Numbered from the stretch's first letter, positions 43,092 through 52,923 are shown. The stretch is 64,000 bases of DNA from an uncultured Candidatus Binatia bacterium (GCA_964291295.2 OZ219754.1:416001-480000); one strand, 5' to 3'. Made by a program: numbers and translations. The notes: generated by a model from the sequence alone, not told the origin.

Positions 43092-44363
43092 GTGTTCCCC
43101 GCTCGCGCGGGGATGAACCAGCAGCTGGGCTCGTTCAGCGTCGGAGGTCGACCGTGTTCCCCGCTCGCGCGGGGATGAACCCGTAGGTGGATGCTGAGCC
43201 GGAATGCCTGGCTGGTGTTCCCCGCTCGCGCGGGGATGAACCGAAGCCCTGGCCACGGAGCTCCACCGGCACCGCGTGTTCCCCGCTCGCGCGGGGATGA
43301 ACCGGCGGTGGACCGTTACCACCTGGAGGACTCCGACGTGTTCCCCGCTCGCGCGGGGATGAACCGTATACAGTGGCCGATTTTTGGCCTGATTTGGCCT
43401 GTGTTCCCCGCTCGCGCGGGGATGAACCGCATCGCGTGCTCGAAGCGCTCGCTCGTCCATCGTGTTCCCCGCTCGCGCGGGGATGAACCGCGCGCCGAAC
43501 TGGACGGATGGCTGGAGCAGCACAGTGTTCCCCGCTCGCGCGGGGATGAACCGACGTAGTCCAATCTGCCGCCTGCAATGGCGCTGTGTTCCCCGCTCGC
43601 GCGGGGATGAACCGGATTGCCGGGCGGCCGATGGCCGCGTGCTCCCGTGTTCCCCGCTCGCGCGGGGATGAACCATAATGAGGGCCAGGTGAAGTTGATT
43701 CACGAATGGTGTTCCCCGCTCGCGCGGGGATGAACCGGTCCGCCGGATCGGTGCCGTCCGGCCTATCGAGGTGTTCCCCGCTCGCGCGGGGATGAACCGT
43801 GTGAGTCCGTCCATGAAGTCCGGCCCATCGAGTGTTCCCCGCTCGCGCGGGGATGAACCGGTGTGTCGACTGTAGTCACGAGCGGCGTGTGGGTGTTCCC
43901 CGCTCGCGCGGGGATGAACCGGTCTGGCGAGTGATCCGCCCCGGCACGAGGGCGTGTTCCCCGCTCGCGCGGGGATGAACCGAAATCCGGCGGCCATCCG
44001 CCGACTTCCACGACGTGTTCCCCGCTCGCGCGGGGATGAACCGTAAATAGTACCGGGGTCCATTTTTTGATGAATAGTGTTCCCCGCTCGCGCGGGGATG
44101 AACCCAGGATTCGATGAATCGCCGTCGACCCGTATCGAGTGTTCCCCGCTCGCGCGGGGATGAACCGGCGTCAGTCGTGAGGCGGACCGGGTCCACCGCC
44201 GTGTTCCCCGCTCGCGCGGGGATGAACCGCTATCCCTGCCACTTGAGCAACCGGCGGACCAGTGTTCCCCGCTCGCGCGGGGATGAACCGTGGGGGGCTA
44301 GTAGCGCGGCATGGCGCCGCCGGTGTTCCCCGCTCGCGCGGGGATGAACCGGAGACGGTGATA

Positions 44364-45492
44364 TACATGGCGACTTAAGTAATGCCGCATAGAGGTTGCA
44401 ATATGACATTCGGTTTTCGCCACTGGGCGAAGCAGGATTCGACGGCGGAGAGCAACTCGTCGAGACTGCTGAAGTAGAGGTTGTGGGTGGCGAGGCGCCG
44501 GGTGAGTTTCCAGACCCGTTCGATAGGAGCGAGTTGCGGGCTGTAGGGCGGTAGGAGCAACAATTCCAGATGCACCCGATGGGTGTCGAGCAGAGGTTTG
44601 AGAAGTTTGGCGTGGTGGTAGCGCGCATTGTCGAGAACCACAACCATCTTTTTTGTTGCGCGAACGGCGGCGTAGCAGGCTCTTCAGGAAGGTCTCGAAG
44701 GTGACCGCATTGAACACCGGCGAAAAAGCGTGGACGAACTTGCCGCTGTGCAAACTCACCGCGCCGAAGCAGGCGGCGGATTGGCGTGTCGGCGCGTGAC
44801 GGGCCACCGGGTCCTTGTCCTCGGGCGGCACCCATACGCGGCAGCGGGTGCCGTGGCGCTGAAAGTGGCATTCGTCTTGGCTCCACAGTTCAAGATCTCG
44901 GCGTTTCGCCAAGCGACGCAGTTTTTTAAACCCCTCCACGCCCAGCGTGTCCTCCAGCGCCAATTGGGGTCGTGGCTTCCGGAGACGAAATCCCATCTGC
45001 CGTAATAGCCGCTGGCACTGTCGCACACCCAATTCTACCCGGTAACGACGCCGCAAGTGTTCCGCCACCCGCTTGCCATCCCACAGATGTCCCACCAGAC
45101 CGAAATCGTCCGGCCGGCGGCGCAGGTCGCCTTCCAGCGAAGACCACTGATCCGATGTGAGCGACCGCGGACGACCGCTCCGCTCCCCCTCGCGCAGCCC
45201 ATCAAAGCCCCGCTGCTCGAACCTGCGCACCCAGCGCTGCACCGTGCGCGGATCCTCATCGAACAACCGCGCCACCTGCCGGCAACTCTGACCAACTGCC
45301 ACCAACAACAAGCCATGAAGCCGATGGTCGTACCGCGATTCCTCCGACCGTTGGATTTCCTGTTGTATCGCCATGCGCATCACCTCCGCCTCCGCTATCT
45401 CAAGCCTTCTCATGCCGCATCCATCCTCTCTTTCCTATTAATTACTAATTACTTCCTACGTAATTATGCGGCATTACTTAAGTCACCATGTA
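44364..45492 (-). mobile_element. IS630-family insertion sequence (1129 bp)
   Basis: 28-bp TIRs tacatgg(c/t)gacttaagtaatgccgcata with 1 mismatch; TA duplication at 44362-63 and 45493-94. Confidence 0.96.
44375..45413 (-). pseudogene. IS630 DDE transposase split by a frameshift at an A6 run
   Basis: HTH plus WSQDECHF in one frame; VVLDNARYH and LPPYSPQLAPIERVW in another; junction at aacAAAAAAgatg near 44650. Confidence 0.88.
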
Positions 45493-45562
45493 TAGTAGCA
45501 GTCGTATCGTCCTTGTGTTCCCCGCTCGCGCGGGGATAAACTGAACCGCTTCCTGCACATCA

Positions 45563-46711
45563 ATGACAACGAAACCCGAAGAGGCGCGTCCGTGGCCCGT
45601 GCTCCGTATGGGCTTTCGGCCATTCTATCTGCTGGCCGCGGCCTTCGCGGGGGCGGCGGTGCCCTTGTGGCGGTTCGGGGCCGACTTGCCGCGGTTTGGT
45701 CCGGGCTATCTTGCGGGGCCGGCGTGGCATGCCCACGAGATGATCTTCGGTTTCGCCGCCGCGGTGCTGGCGGGGTTCCTGTTGACGGCCGCGCGGACCT
45801 GGACCGGCCGGCCGACGCCTGCGGGCGCCGCCTTGGCGGTGCTGGCCGGGCTCTGGGCCGCGGGCCGCGGGCTGGTGGGTACCGGACCGGCGCTTCCGGC
45901 CGCGGCCGTCGATTGCCTTTTCCTGCCCGGTGTCGCGCTGGCGGTCGCGGTGCCGGTAATCCGGTCTCGCAACTGGCGCAATCTCAAGGTGGTGGTCCTG
46001 GTGATCCTGCTGGCGGCGGCCAACGTGCGCTTCCATCTCGAATACACCGGTCTGTGGGTGCTTCCGGGCTGGAACGGCGCGGCGATCCTGGCCCTGGACC
46101 TGTTCGCGCTGATGGCCGCACTGATGGCCGGCCGCGTCATTCCCGCCTTCATGGCCAACGCGGTCCCCTCGGCTCGTCCCCGGCGCAACCGATGGGTGGA
46201 CCTTGCCGCTTTCGGCACCCTCGCCGTTCTCGCCGCGGCCGGAACCGGCGGTCCGTGGCTGGCGGCGGTGGCGGCCGCAGGCGCGGTGGCCCACGGCGTG
46301 CGGCTCTGGCTCTGGAACCCTCTCGCCACCATCCGGGAGCCGCTGCTCTGGGTGCTGCCGCTTTCCTACGGGTGGCTCGTGGTCTCCCTGGCTCTGCGTG
46401 CTCTCCATCTCGCCGGCGCGGAGATTCCGGCGGCCTCCCCGCTGCACGCACTCGGAGTGGGGGTGATGGGCGGACTGATGCTGGGGATGATGACCCGGAG
46501 CGCCCGTGGACACACCGGCCAGGAACTTCGGGCGGGACCGGCGGACACCGCGGCCTTCGTGCTGGTGCATTCGGCGGCCGCGCTTCGCGTCCTGGCCTCC
46601 CTGATCGGACCGGAGACCGGAGCGCTTGCCATTGATGCCGCCACGCTTCTCTGGTCCGGCGCCTTCGCCGTCTTTTTCGCCGCCTACTGGCCGGTCCTCA
46701 CACGCCCGTAA
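45563..46711 (+). CDS. nnrS: NnrS-family membrane protein
   Basis: GFRPFYL, WHAHEMIFGF, GFLLTA..TWTG, GRVIPAF, MMTRSARGHTG. Confidence 0.92.
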   Translation: MTTKPEEARPWPVLRMGFRPFYLLAAAFAGAAVPLWRFGADLPRFGPGYLAGPAWHAHEMIFGFAAAVLAGFLLTAARTWTGRPTPAGAALAVLAGLWAAGRGLVGTGPALPAAAVDCLFLPGVALAVAVPVIRSRNWRNLKVVVLVILLAAANVRFHLEYTGLWVLPGWNGAAILALDLFALMAALMAGRVIPAFMANAVPSARPRRNRWVDLAAFGTLAVLAAAGTGGPWLAAVAAAGAVAHGVRLWLWNPLATIREPLLWVLPLSYGWLVVSLALRALHLAGAEIPAASPLHALGVGVMGGLMLGMMTRSARGHTGQELRAGPADTAAFVLVHSAAALRVLASLIGPETGALAIDAATLLWSGAFAVFFAAYWPVLTRP

Positions 46712-46730
46712 CCCGGCCGGCGCTCCGTTC

Positions 46731-46790
46731 CGCGTCCTCCGCGTCCTCCACACCCTCCACACCATCCACACCCTACGCGTCCTCCGCGCC
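46731..46790. repeat. Degenerate 9-bp tandem repeat
   Basis: cgcgtcctc/cacaccctc/cacaccatc units x6-7. Confidence 0.7.
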
Positions 46791-46873
46791 CTTGCCACCG
46801 ATGGGCTCGTGGTTCAATAAGGACAGGGGGACGGGTCGGCGCGCGCCGGACAAGACCTTTCCCCTCGTTGCCC

Positions 46874-47737
46874 ATGCGTCCCGAGTTCATCGCCCTCGCC
46901 GCCGCCATCCTCTACTCCGGAGGTTCCGTCACCGCGCGCCTGGGGATGCGCCACTCCAGTCCCTTGACCGCGGCCTGCGTTCTGCTCTTCCTGCGCACCG
47001 TCGTGTTCTGGGCCGGTGTCTTCGTGACCGGCGGCATTCCCCGCGTGGCGTGGACCCCGCTGCTGCTGTTCGTCGGGTTGGGAATCCTGCAGACCGCCAC
47101 CAGCCTGCTCCAGTTGACCGGCATCCATCGCCTGGGCGCGGCCCGGGCCGAGCCCCTGCGCAACACCTACCCGCTGTGGAGCGCGGTCATCGCCATCGCG
47201 CTTCTGGGAGAACGGGCGAGTCCGGAGATCCTGGCCGGAACCGTGCTGGTGGTGGGCGGCATCGGCCTGATCTCCTGGCAACCGGCTGACTCGGGCCTGC
47301 GCTATCACTGGTGGGAGGCCATCTTCCCGCTGCTGGCCGCCCTGTTCGCCGGCATCGCCTTCCCGGTACGGCGCATCGCCTTCGACATCTCCAACGAACC
47401 GCTCTATTTCGCCGCCGTCCTGGCCGTCGTTTCCTTCGCGTCGCTGGGTCCGTACGTTGCCGTTCGTCTCCGGACCGAGGCGTTCGTGCTCGACCGCCGC
47501 GCCGTCCCCCCGTTCCTCCTGTCGGGTCTCTTCGAATCCGCGGCCTCCCTGCTGTCCCTCATCGCGGTGAGCCTCGGCCGCGTGGTCGCGGTATCGCCCA
47601 TCGTCGCCTCCACACCGTTGTGGACCCTGATACTCACCGTGCTCTTCCTGCGCGGCCTCGAGCGTATCAACGCCCGCACCGTCACCGGCACCTTCGCCGT
47701 GATGACCGGCACCCTCGCCATCATCCTGAGCCGGTGA
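46874..47737 (+). CDS. EamA/DMT-family transporter
   Basis: Two 5-TM repeats; PLWSAVIAIALLGER and PLWTLILTVLFLRGLER. Confidence 0.88.
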   Translation: MRPEFIALAAAILYSGGSVTARLGMRHSSPLTAACVLLFLRTVVFWAGVFVTGGIPRVAWTPLLLFVGLGILQTATSLLQLTGIHRLGAARAEPLRNTYPLWSAVIAIALLGERASPEILAGTVLVVGGIGLISWQPADSGLRYHWWEAIFPLLAALFAGIAFPVRRIAFDISNEPLYFAAVLAVVSFASLGPYVAVRLRTEAFVLDRRAVPPFLLSGLFESAASLLSLIAVSLGRVVAVSPIVASTPLWTLILTVLFLRGLERINARTVTGTFAVMTGTLAIILSR

Positions 47738-47870
47738 CCGCTTTCGCCGAATGCGCCGACCGACACTGCCGCACGACCGCCTCGTTCCGCAGCCGATCCG
47801 TCCGACACGGCCTGCGACGCGAAACACAGGTGAAAGTCACCGAGAAAAATCCCGGAAGCGTGGGAACCAC

Positions 47871-47938
47871 CCCGTAGCACGGAGACCATCCGGTAGCACG
47901 GAGACCTCCCCGTAACACGGAGACCATCCGGTAGCGGA
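47871..47938. repeat. 19-bp tandem repeat x3.5 between convergent genes
   Basis: cccgtagcacggagaccat / ccggtagcacggagacctc / cccgtaacacggagaccat / ccggtagc. Confidence 0.85.
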
Positions 47939-47941
47939 GCG

Positions 47942-48979
47942 TCATCCCCTGGGGTTCAGAATCCGCTCCAGGTAGGCATGGATGACCGTGTTGTACCAGG
48001 GGGTGCCGTGGCGGCGGTCGTGGAAGCCCACGTGGCCACCGCCGTCGGTGAGCATCAGGGTCACTCCGGCAGGCGTGTTGCGGCCGACGGCTTCGTAAGG
48101 AGCCACCGGGATCCAGGGGTCGTTCCTGGCGTGCAGCAGCAGCAGCGGCGTGTCCATGGGTTCCAGCAGTCCGGTCACCGAGCAGCGCGCGTAGTAATCG
48201 TCGGCGTCGGCAAAGCCGTGGTGGGGCGCGGTGAAGGCGTTGTCGAATTCCCTGATGCTGCGGGCGTCCAGGACGGCCCGGCGCTGCCGGCGGGTAATCT
48301 CCGAGGCGCCGCCCACGACCGCCTCTTTCATGCGCGCCAGCAGCCACCGGTGATAAAGCGTATTGCGAAAGCTCATCAAGCGGCGAATGACGGCCGCCAG
48401 GTCGAACGGCATCGATACCGTCACCGCACAGAGGGGCGAGACCCCGCCGGCGCGCCGCGCCAGACAGTGCAGCAGCACGCTGCCGCCGAGGGAGAAACCG
48501 ATCAGCACGACGCCGTGGCGGGCCTCCTCCCGCTCCAGCATCGCCAGCACCGCTTCGACATTGTCTCCGGAACCCGCGCAATAACTCCTGCGGCAGATCG
48601 CCCGGGACGGACCCGCGCCCCGCAGGTTGAGGCGCATGACGGGATATCCGACAGAGAGAAGGAAGCGCGTGGTCTCGAACATGTAGGAACTGCCCTCGCA
48701 CCCGGTCAGGCCGTGCACGAGCACCACCAGCGGGCGGTCCGTCGCGGGGTGTGGGCGGTGCAACACCGCAAGCAGCGTGTCACCGGTCCCGTCCGGGAGC
48801 GGGAAGCTCCGGCGTTCCGAGGGCCAGGCGGACAGATCCTCGCTGGCGGGAAAAAAGTGGTACCGCAGGGTCTGAAGGTCGCCGCCCAGCCACGGGAAGC
48901 GGGGCGCGAAGTCGGGGCAGGCTCCCGCCCGCGGCCCGATGCCCGCCAGCGGACCCCGGGCGGTGCTGCCGTCATCCAT
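47942..48979 (-). CDS. YheT-like alpha/beta hydrolase
   Basis: LVHGLTG, GFSLGG nucleophile, HARNDPWI, GGHVGF. Confidence 0.92.
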   Translation of the reverse strand: MDDGSTARGPLAGIGPRAGACPDFAPRFPWLGGDLQTLRYHFFPASEDLSAWPSERRSFPLPDGTGDTLLAVLHRPHPATDRPLVVLVHGLTGCEGSSYMFETTRFLLSVGYPVMRLNLRGAGPSRAICRRSYCAGSGDNVEAVLAMLEREEARHGVVLIGFSLGGSVLLHCLARRAGGVSPLCAVTVSMPFDLAAVIRRLMSFRNTLYHRWLLARMKEAVVGGASEITRRQRRAVLDARSIREFDNAFTAPHHGFADADDYYARCSVTGLLEPMDTPLLLLHARNDPWIPVAPYEAVGRNTPAGVTLMLTDGGGHVGFHDRRHGTPWYNTVIHAYLERILNPRG

Positions 48980-48982
48980 GGC

Positions 48983-50047
48983 TCAGGTCCGGGTGACGCC
49001 GAGACCCGGACCCTCCGGGACTCCGAGCTTGCCGTCCACCACCTTGATGCCGGTGAACGGGTCGCCGACAAGCCCCTCGCATTCGCCGATCTCGCAGAAC
49101 CCGGAGACTCCGGGGGAGCTGAGGGCCAGGTGCAGCAAAGCCGCGTCGCCGACCATGCATGCGGCGATGTTGCTCAGGCCGCACTCGATGCCGGCAAGGG
49201 TGCACAGGTCGGCGATCTGCCGCGCCTGCTGCACGCCGCCGGCCTTGAGAATGCCCGTGTTGATGGAATCACAGACGTTGTCCCGAACCAGCCTGAAGGC
49301 TTCGTGCACCGCCGAGGCCGACTGGTCCGCCTCGATCTTGATGCTCGACCGGCTCTTCACCTCGGCCAGGGCGCCGATGTGATGCCGCGGCACCGGCTGC
49401 TCGAACACCGCCACCCCGAGTTCGGCCATGCCCGCCGCCATGCGTATGGCGGACTTGGCGTCGAACGCCTCGTTGGCGTCCACCTTGAGGTAGATGTCCG
49501 GCCCCACCGCGTCGCGCACGGCGGTGACCCGCGCCAGGTCCAGTCCCACCTCGCCCCGGACCTTGAGCTTGAGAGCACGGCAGCCCCCATCCACCAGTTC
49601 CCGGCACTCCCGGGCCATCTCCAGCGGCTGTCCCACGCCGACCATCTTGATGACCGTGATCTCCCTGCGCACGAGCCCTCCGAGCAGCACGTAGAGCGGC
49701 ACCCCGCAGCTCTTCCCCAGCAGATCGTGCAGCGCCATGTCCACGCCGCCCCTGGCCCGCCGGTTGTCCATCATGCGCTGGCTGATGCGCGCGTTCAGGC
49801 GGCCCAGCTCCTCGATGGGCTGCCCCACCAGCAGCGGCCGCATGATCTCCTCGATGGCATGGCGCACCGATCCGGCTGTCTCGCCGGTCCGGGGAAACGC
49901 GTCCACGTAGCCGTATCCCGTGTGGCCGCCTTCCGACTCCACGCTTACCAGCAACCCGTTGGACGAATGGAACTTGTTGGTGGCGGTGATGAGAGGCTTC
50001 CTGTACGGAAGCTCGAGTGTCTCCATCCGCAGGTCGGCGATCTTCAT
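48983..50047 (-). CDS. Enolase superfamily, muconate cycloisomerase subgroup
   Basis: DMALHDLLGK, LKLKV, VDANE, FEQP, EADQS, PEGPGLGV. Confidence 0.9.
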   Translation of the reverse strand: MKIADLRMETLELPYRKPLITATNKFHSSNGLLVSVESEGGHTGYGYVDAFPRTGETAGSVRHAIEEIMRPLLVGQPIEELGRLNARISQRMMDNRRARGGVDMALHDLLGKSCGVPLYVLLGGLVRREITVIKMVGVGQPLEMARECRELVDGGCRALKLKVRGEVGLDLARVTAVRDAVGPDIYLKVDANEAFDAKSAIRMAAGMAELGVAVFEQPVPRHHIGALAEVKSRSSIKIEADQSASAVHEAFRLVRDNVCDSINTGILKAGGVQQARQIADLCTLAGIECGLSNIAACMVGDAALLHLALSSPGVSGFCEIGECEGLVGDPFTGIKVVDGKLGVPEGPGLGVTRT

Positions 50048-50141
50048 GGTCCCACTCCTTGAACTGAACGCGGCGGTTCCCCGGTCCGTCGTTTCCCGGC
50101 CGGCGGTTCCCCGGTCGGTCCCGCTTCGCCCACCGGCGGGG

Positions 50142-52349
50142 TCAACCCCGCACCTGCCCCTCGCCGCCCGCGGCCGATGGCGGGGGGTCCGCCGCACCAC
50201 CGCACCGAATCAACGTGTCCACCACCCGCACGCCCTGCCCCTGCGGCAGAACCATGAGGGGATTGAACTCGATCTCGTCCACTTCGTTGCCAAAGTCCAG
50301 CGCCAACCGCGACAACGCCACGATGGCGTGCGCCAGCGCCGGTACGTCGGCCCCGGGCCGGCCGCGCGCGCCGGCAAGCAGCGGCCAGGCGCGGACCTCG
50401 CGAATCATCGCATGGGCCTCTTCCAGGCCCAGCGGCGGCAGCCGGAACGACACGTCCTTCAGCACCTCGGTGTAGATGCCGCCCAGGCCGAAGGCCAGGC
50501 AGATGCCCAGGTCCGGCGTGCGCGACGTGCCCAGGAGAACCTCGGCGACGCCCTCCACCATCTGCTGCACCCGCACGCCGTCGATGCGGGCACCGGGCGC
50601 ACCCCGCGCCACGTCTTCCATCAGCCGGTCGTAGGCCGCGGCCACCTCCGTCGCACTGCCCAGATTCAGCCGGACGCCGCCCGCCTCGGTCTTGTGCGGC
50701 AGGTCCGCGGACTCGATCTTGAGGGCCACCGGAAAACCCAGCCTGCCGGAGGCCGCCACCGCCTCCTCACGAGAACCGGCCACGTGATCCGCCGCCACCG
50801 GAATGGCATACGCCTGGAGCAGCCGCCGCACCGCGGCGTGGGAGCGGTCGCCGCCGGCGACGAGCCGGCTCAACGCCCGGGTTTCCGCAGGCGGCGCGGC
50901 CACGTCGGAAGCGCCGGTCTCCTTTCGCCGCGCCAACCCCAGGACATCGCGAACCGCGCGCAGCGACTTCTCGTACTCCAGCAGGAACGGCACCCCCAAC
51001 TCGTTGAAGAACTCGAACCACGACCGGTCCAGCAACTCGCTGGCCCGTGACAGGAACACGAACCGCTTGCCGCTGCGCCGGGCCACCGCCGCCGATTCCC
51101 GGTACAACTCCCTCATGCGGTCGTTGGGGCTCCTGGGCAGATTGAGGCGGCAACAGACCACCGCGAACCTTTCGTCCTTCAGGAAGGTCTCCAGGCATCG
51201 AAGATACCGGGGCCGATCCGTCCAGTGCAGATCTTCGATGTCCAGCGGATTGCCGTTGAAGCTCTCCTTGTCAAAGCAGCCGCGCATCGATTCATAAGTG
51301 GCGTCCGAGGGCTCGGGCAGGTCCACGTGGTGGCGTTCGCAGATATCGGCGAGAAAGCTGCAGTCGCCGCCGGAGATGGTGACGATGCCCACCCCTCCGG
51401 GGGCGGACGGCCGGAACGGCTCGGGTGTCGCCGCCGCCAGCGCGGCAACCTCCAGCATCTGGTCCATGTTGTCCACCGGGATGACGCCCTTCTGGCGGAA
51501 CAATCCGTCCCATACCGCTCCGGAGGTGGCCATGTTGCCCGAATGCGAGGTCACCGCCTGCCCGCCCTTCCACGACCTTCCGAGACGCAGCGCGATCACC
51601 ACCTTCTCCCGTTGCCGCGCCAGATCCAGCAGCCCGGCCAACTCCCCGGGACGGCTCACGGACTCGATGACGGCGGCGATGACCCGGGTGCCGGGATCCT
51701 CCACCGCGGCCCGCAGGTGGTCGGTGAAGCCCGCGCCCACCTGATTGCCCGGAGCCACGGCGTAGCGAAAGCCCAGGCCGCGGTCGGCGGCGGTGTTGAA
51801 GAAGAGGTTGAGGAGGCCGGCGCTGCTGAACACGGCGCTCAAGGAGCCCGGGGCAAGGTGCTCGGGGAGCGGCGACGACCACAGCGCGGCGCCGCTCTCA
51901 AGGGCCAGGTAGCCCAGCGTGTTGGGGCCGCAAAGGGCGATGCCGTGCTCTTGCACGATGCGGGTCAGCTGGGCCTGGTAGCCCCGGCCCGCGTCGTCGA
52001 ACTCACCGAAGCCCGTGCCCACGATGAGTGCGGCGCGGATCCCCTTGGCGGCGCATTCCGACATGACCGGGACGGTGACGTGGCGCGGAATCGCCAGCAC
52101 CGCCAGATCCACCTCCCCCGGCACCTCCATCACCGAGGGATGGCAGGGCAGATCGAACAGTGTCCGATAGCGCGGATTGACCGGATGGAGGCGTTCTTTC
52201 GGGTAGCCGAACCGGAGCAGGTTGCGCATCAGCGCGGCGGCGTGGGGTGCCCGCTCGGACGCTCCGATCAAGGCGATGCTCCGGGGCTGCCGCAATGCGG
52301 CCATGCGCTCGGGAGCGGGAGCGGGAGCGGAAGTCGTTGCCGCCGTCAC
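50142..52349 (-). CDS. Acetate/acyl-CoA ligase (ADP-forming) family, fused alpha-beta (start approximate)
   Basis: PRSIALIGAS, GPNTLG, SHSG phospho-His, HKTEAGGV ATP-grasp, EIEFNPL. Confidence 0.9.
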   Translation of the reverse strand: MTAATTSAPAPAPERMAALRQPRSIALIGASERAPHAAALMRNLLRFGYPKERLHPVNPRYRTLFDLPCHPSVMEVPGEVDLAVLAIPRHVTVPVMSECAAKGIRAALIVGTGFGEFDDAGRGYQAQLTRIVQEHGIALCGPNTLGYLALESGAALWSSPLPEHLAPGSLSAVFSSAGLLNLFFNTAADRGLGFRYAVAPGNQVGAGFTDHLRAAVEDPGTRVIAAVIESVSRPGELAGLLDLARQREKVVIALRLGRSWKGGQAVTSHSGNMATSGAVWDGLFRQKGVIPVDNMDQMLEVAALAAATPEPFRPSAPGGVGIVTISGGDCSFLADICERHHVDLPEPSDATYESMRGCFDKESFNGNPLDIEDLHWTDRPRYLRCLETFLKDERFAVVCCRLNLPRSPNDRMRELYRESAAVARRSGKRFVFLSRASELLDRSWFEFFNELGVPFLLEYEKSLRAVRDVLGLARRKETGASDVAAPPAETRALSRLVAGGDRSHAAVRRLLQAYAIPVAADHVAGSREEAVAASGRLGFPVALKIESADLPHKTEAGGVRLNLGSATEVAAAYDRLMEDVARGAPGARIDGVRVQQMVEGVAEVLLGTSRTPDLGICLAFGLGGIYTEVLKDVSFRLPPLGLEEAHAMIREVRAWPLLAGARGRPGADVPALAHAIVALSRLALDFGNEVDEIEFNPLMVLPQGQGVRVVDTLIRCGGAADPPPSAAGGEGQVRG

Positions 52350-52392
52350 GGCCGATGGTGCCCCGGGCGCGGCGAAGCTGTGCCGGAGGACA

Positions 52393-52866
52393 TCAGCCCT
52401 CGCCCGTTCGCGCGGCGGCGGCGCGGACCGCGCGCATGATGTCGGGATAGCCGCCGCAACGGCACAGATTGCCGGAAAGGTACTCGCGTATCTGGTCGTC
52501 GGTGGGAGCCCGGTGTTCCTCCAGCAGCGCCTTGGCGGCCATGATGAAGCCTGGCGTGCAGTAGCCGCACTGGGCGGCGTCGTGCTCCAGGAACGCCTGC
52601 TGGACCGGATGCAGGGCGCCGTCATCGCCAAGCCCCTCGACCGTCTCCACGCAACGGCCGTCCAGGCGCGCGGCCAGCAGGAAACAGGCGCTCACCGGCC
52701 TGCCGTCCAGAAGAACGGTGCAACTCCCGCAGGCCCCGACGCCGCAGGCCTCACGGACGCTCCAGAGCTTGAGCCCGTCCCGCAGCACCTCCAGCAGGGT
52801 ATCGGCGTCGTTCACCTCCAACTCCCGCTGCCGACCGTTCACCGTCAGGTTGATCACACGTTCCAT
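52393..52866 (-). CDS. Mo-hydroxylase 2x[2Fe-2S] small subunit (CoxS-like)
   Basis: CGVGACGSC, QCGYCTPG, NLCRC. Confidence 0.95.
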   Translation of the reverse strand: MERVINLTVNGRQRELEVNDADTLLEVLRDGLKLWSVREACGVGACGSCTVLLDGRPVSACFLLAARLDGRCVETVEGLGDDGALHPVQQAFLEHDAAQCGYCTPGFIMAAKALLEEHRAPTDDQIREYLSGNLCRCGGYPDIMRAVRAAAARTGEG

Positions 52867-52923
52867 GAATCTCGCTCCGACATCCGCACTGCGCCGCACC
52901 TCGCCTCGTCCTGCTGCCGGCCC

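Larger units (their letters stand above)
43092..45543 (+). CRISPR. Type I-E CRISPR array, 22 repeats / 21 spacers, last spacer interrupted by IS630
   Basis: Repeat GTGTTCCCCGCTCGCGCGGGGATGAACC(G) x21 at 43092-44351; degenerate terminal repeat ...GGGGATAAACTG at 45515-45543. Confidence 0.99.

Noticed and set aside
43092-44351. Self-targeting spacers within this window
   Set aside because: None noticed by eye; an exhaustive search was not possible
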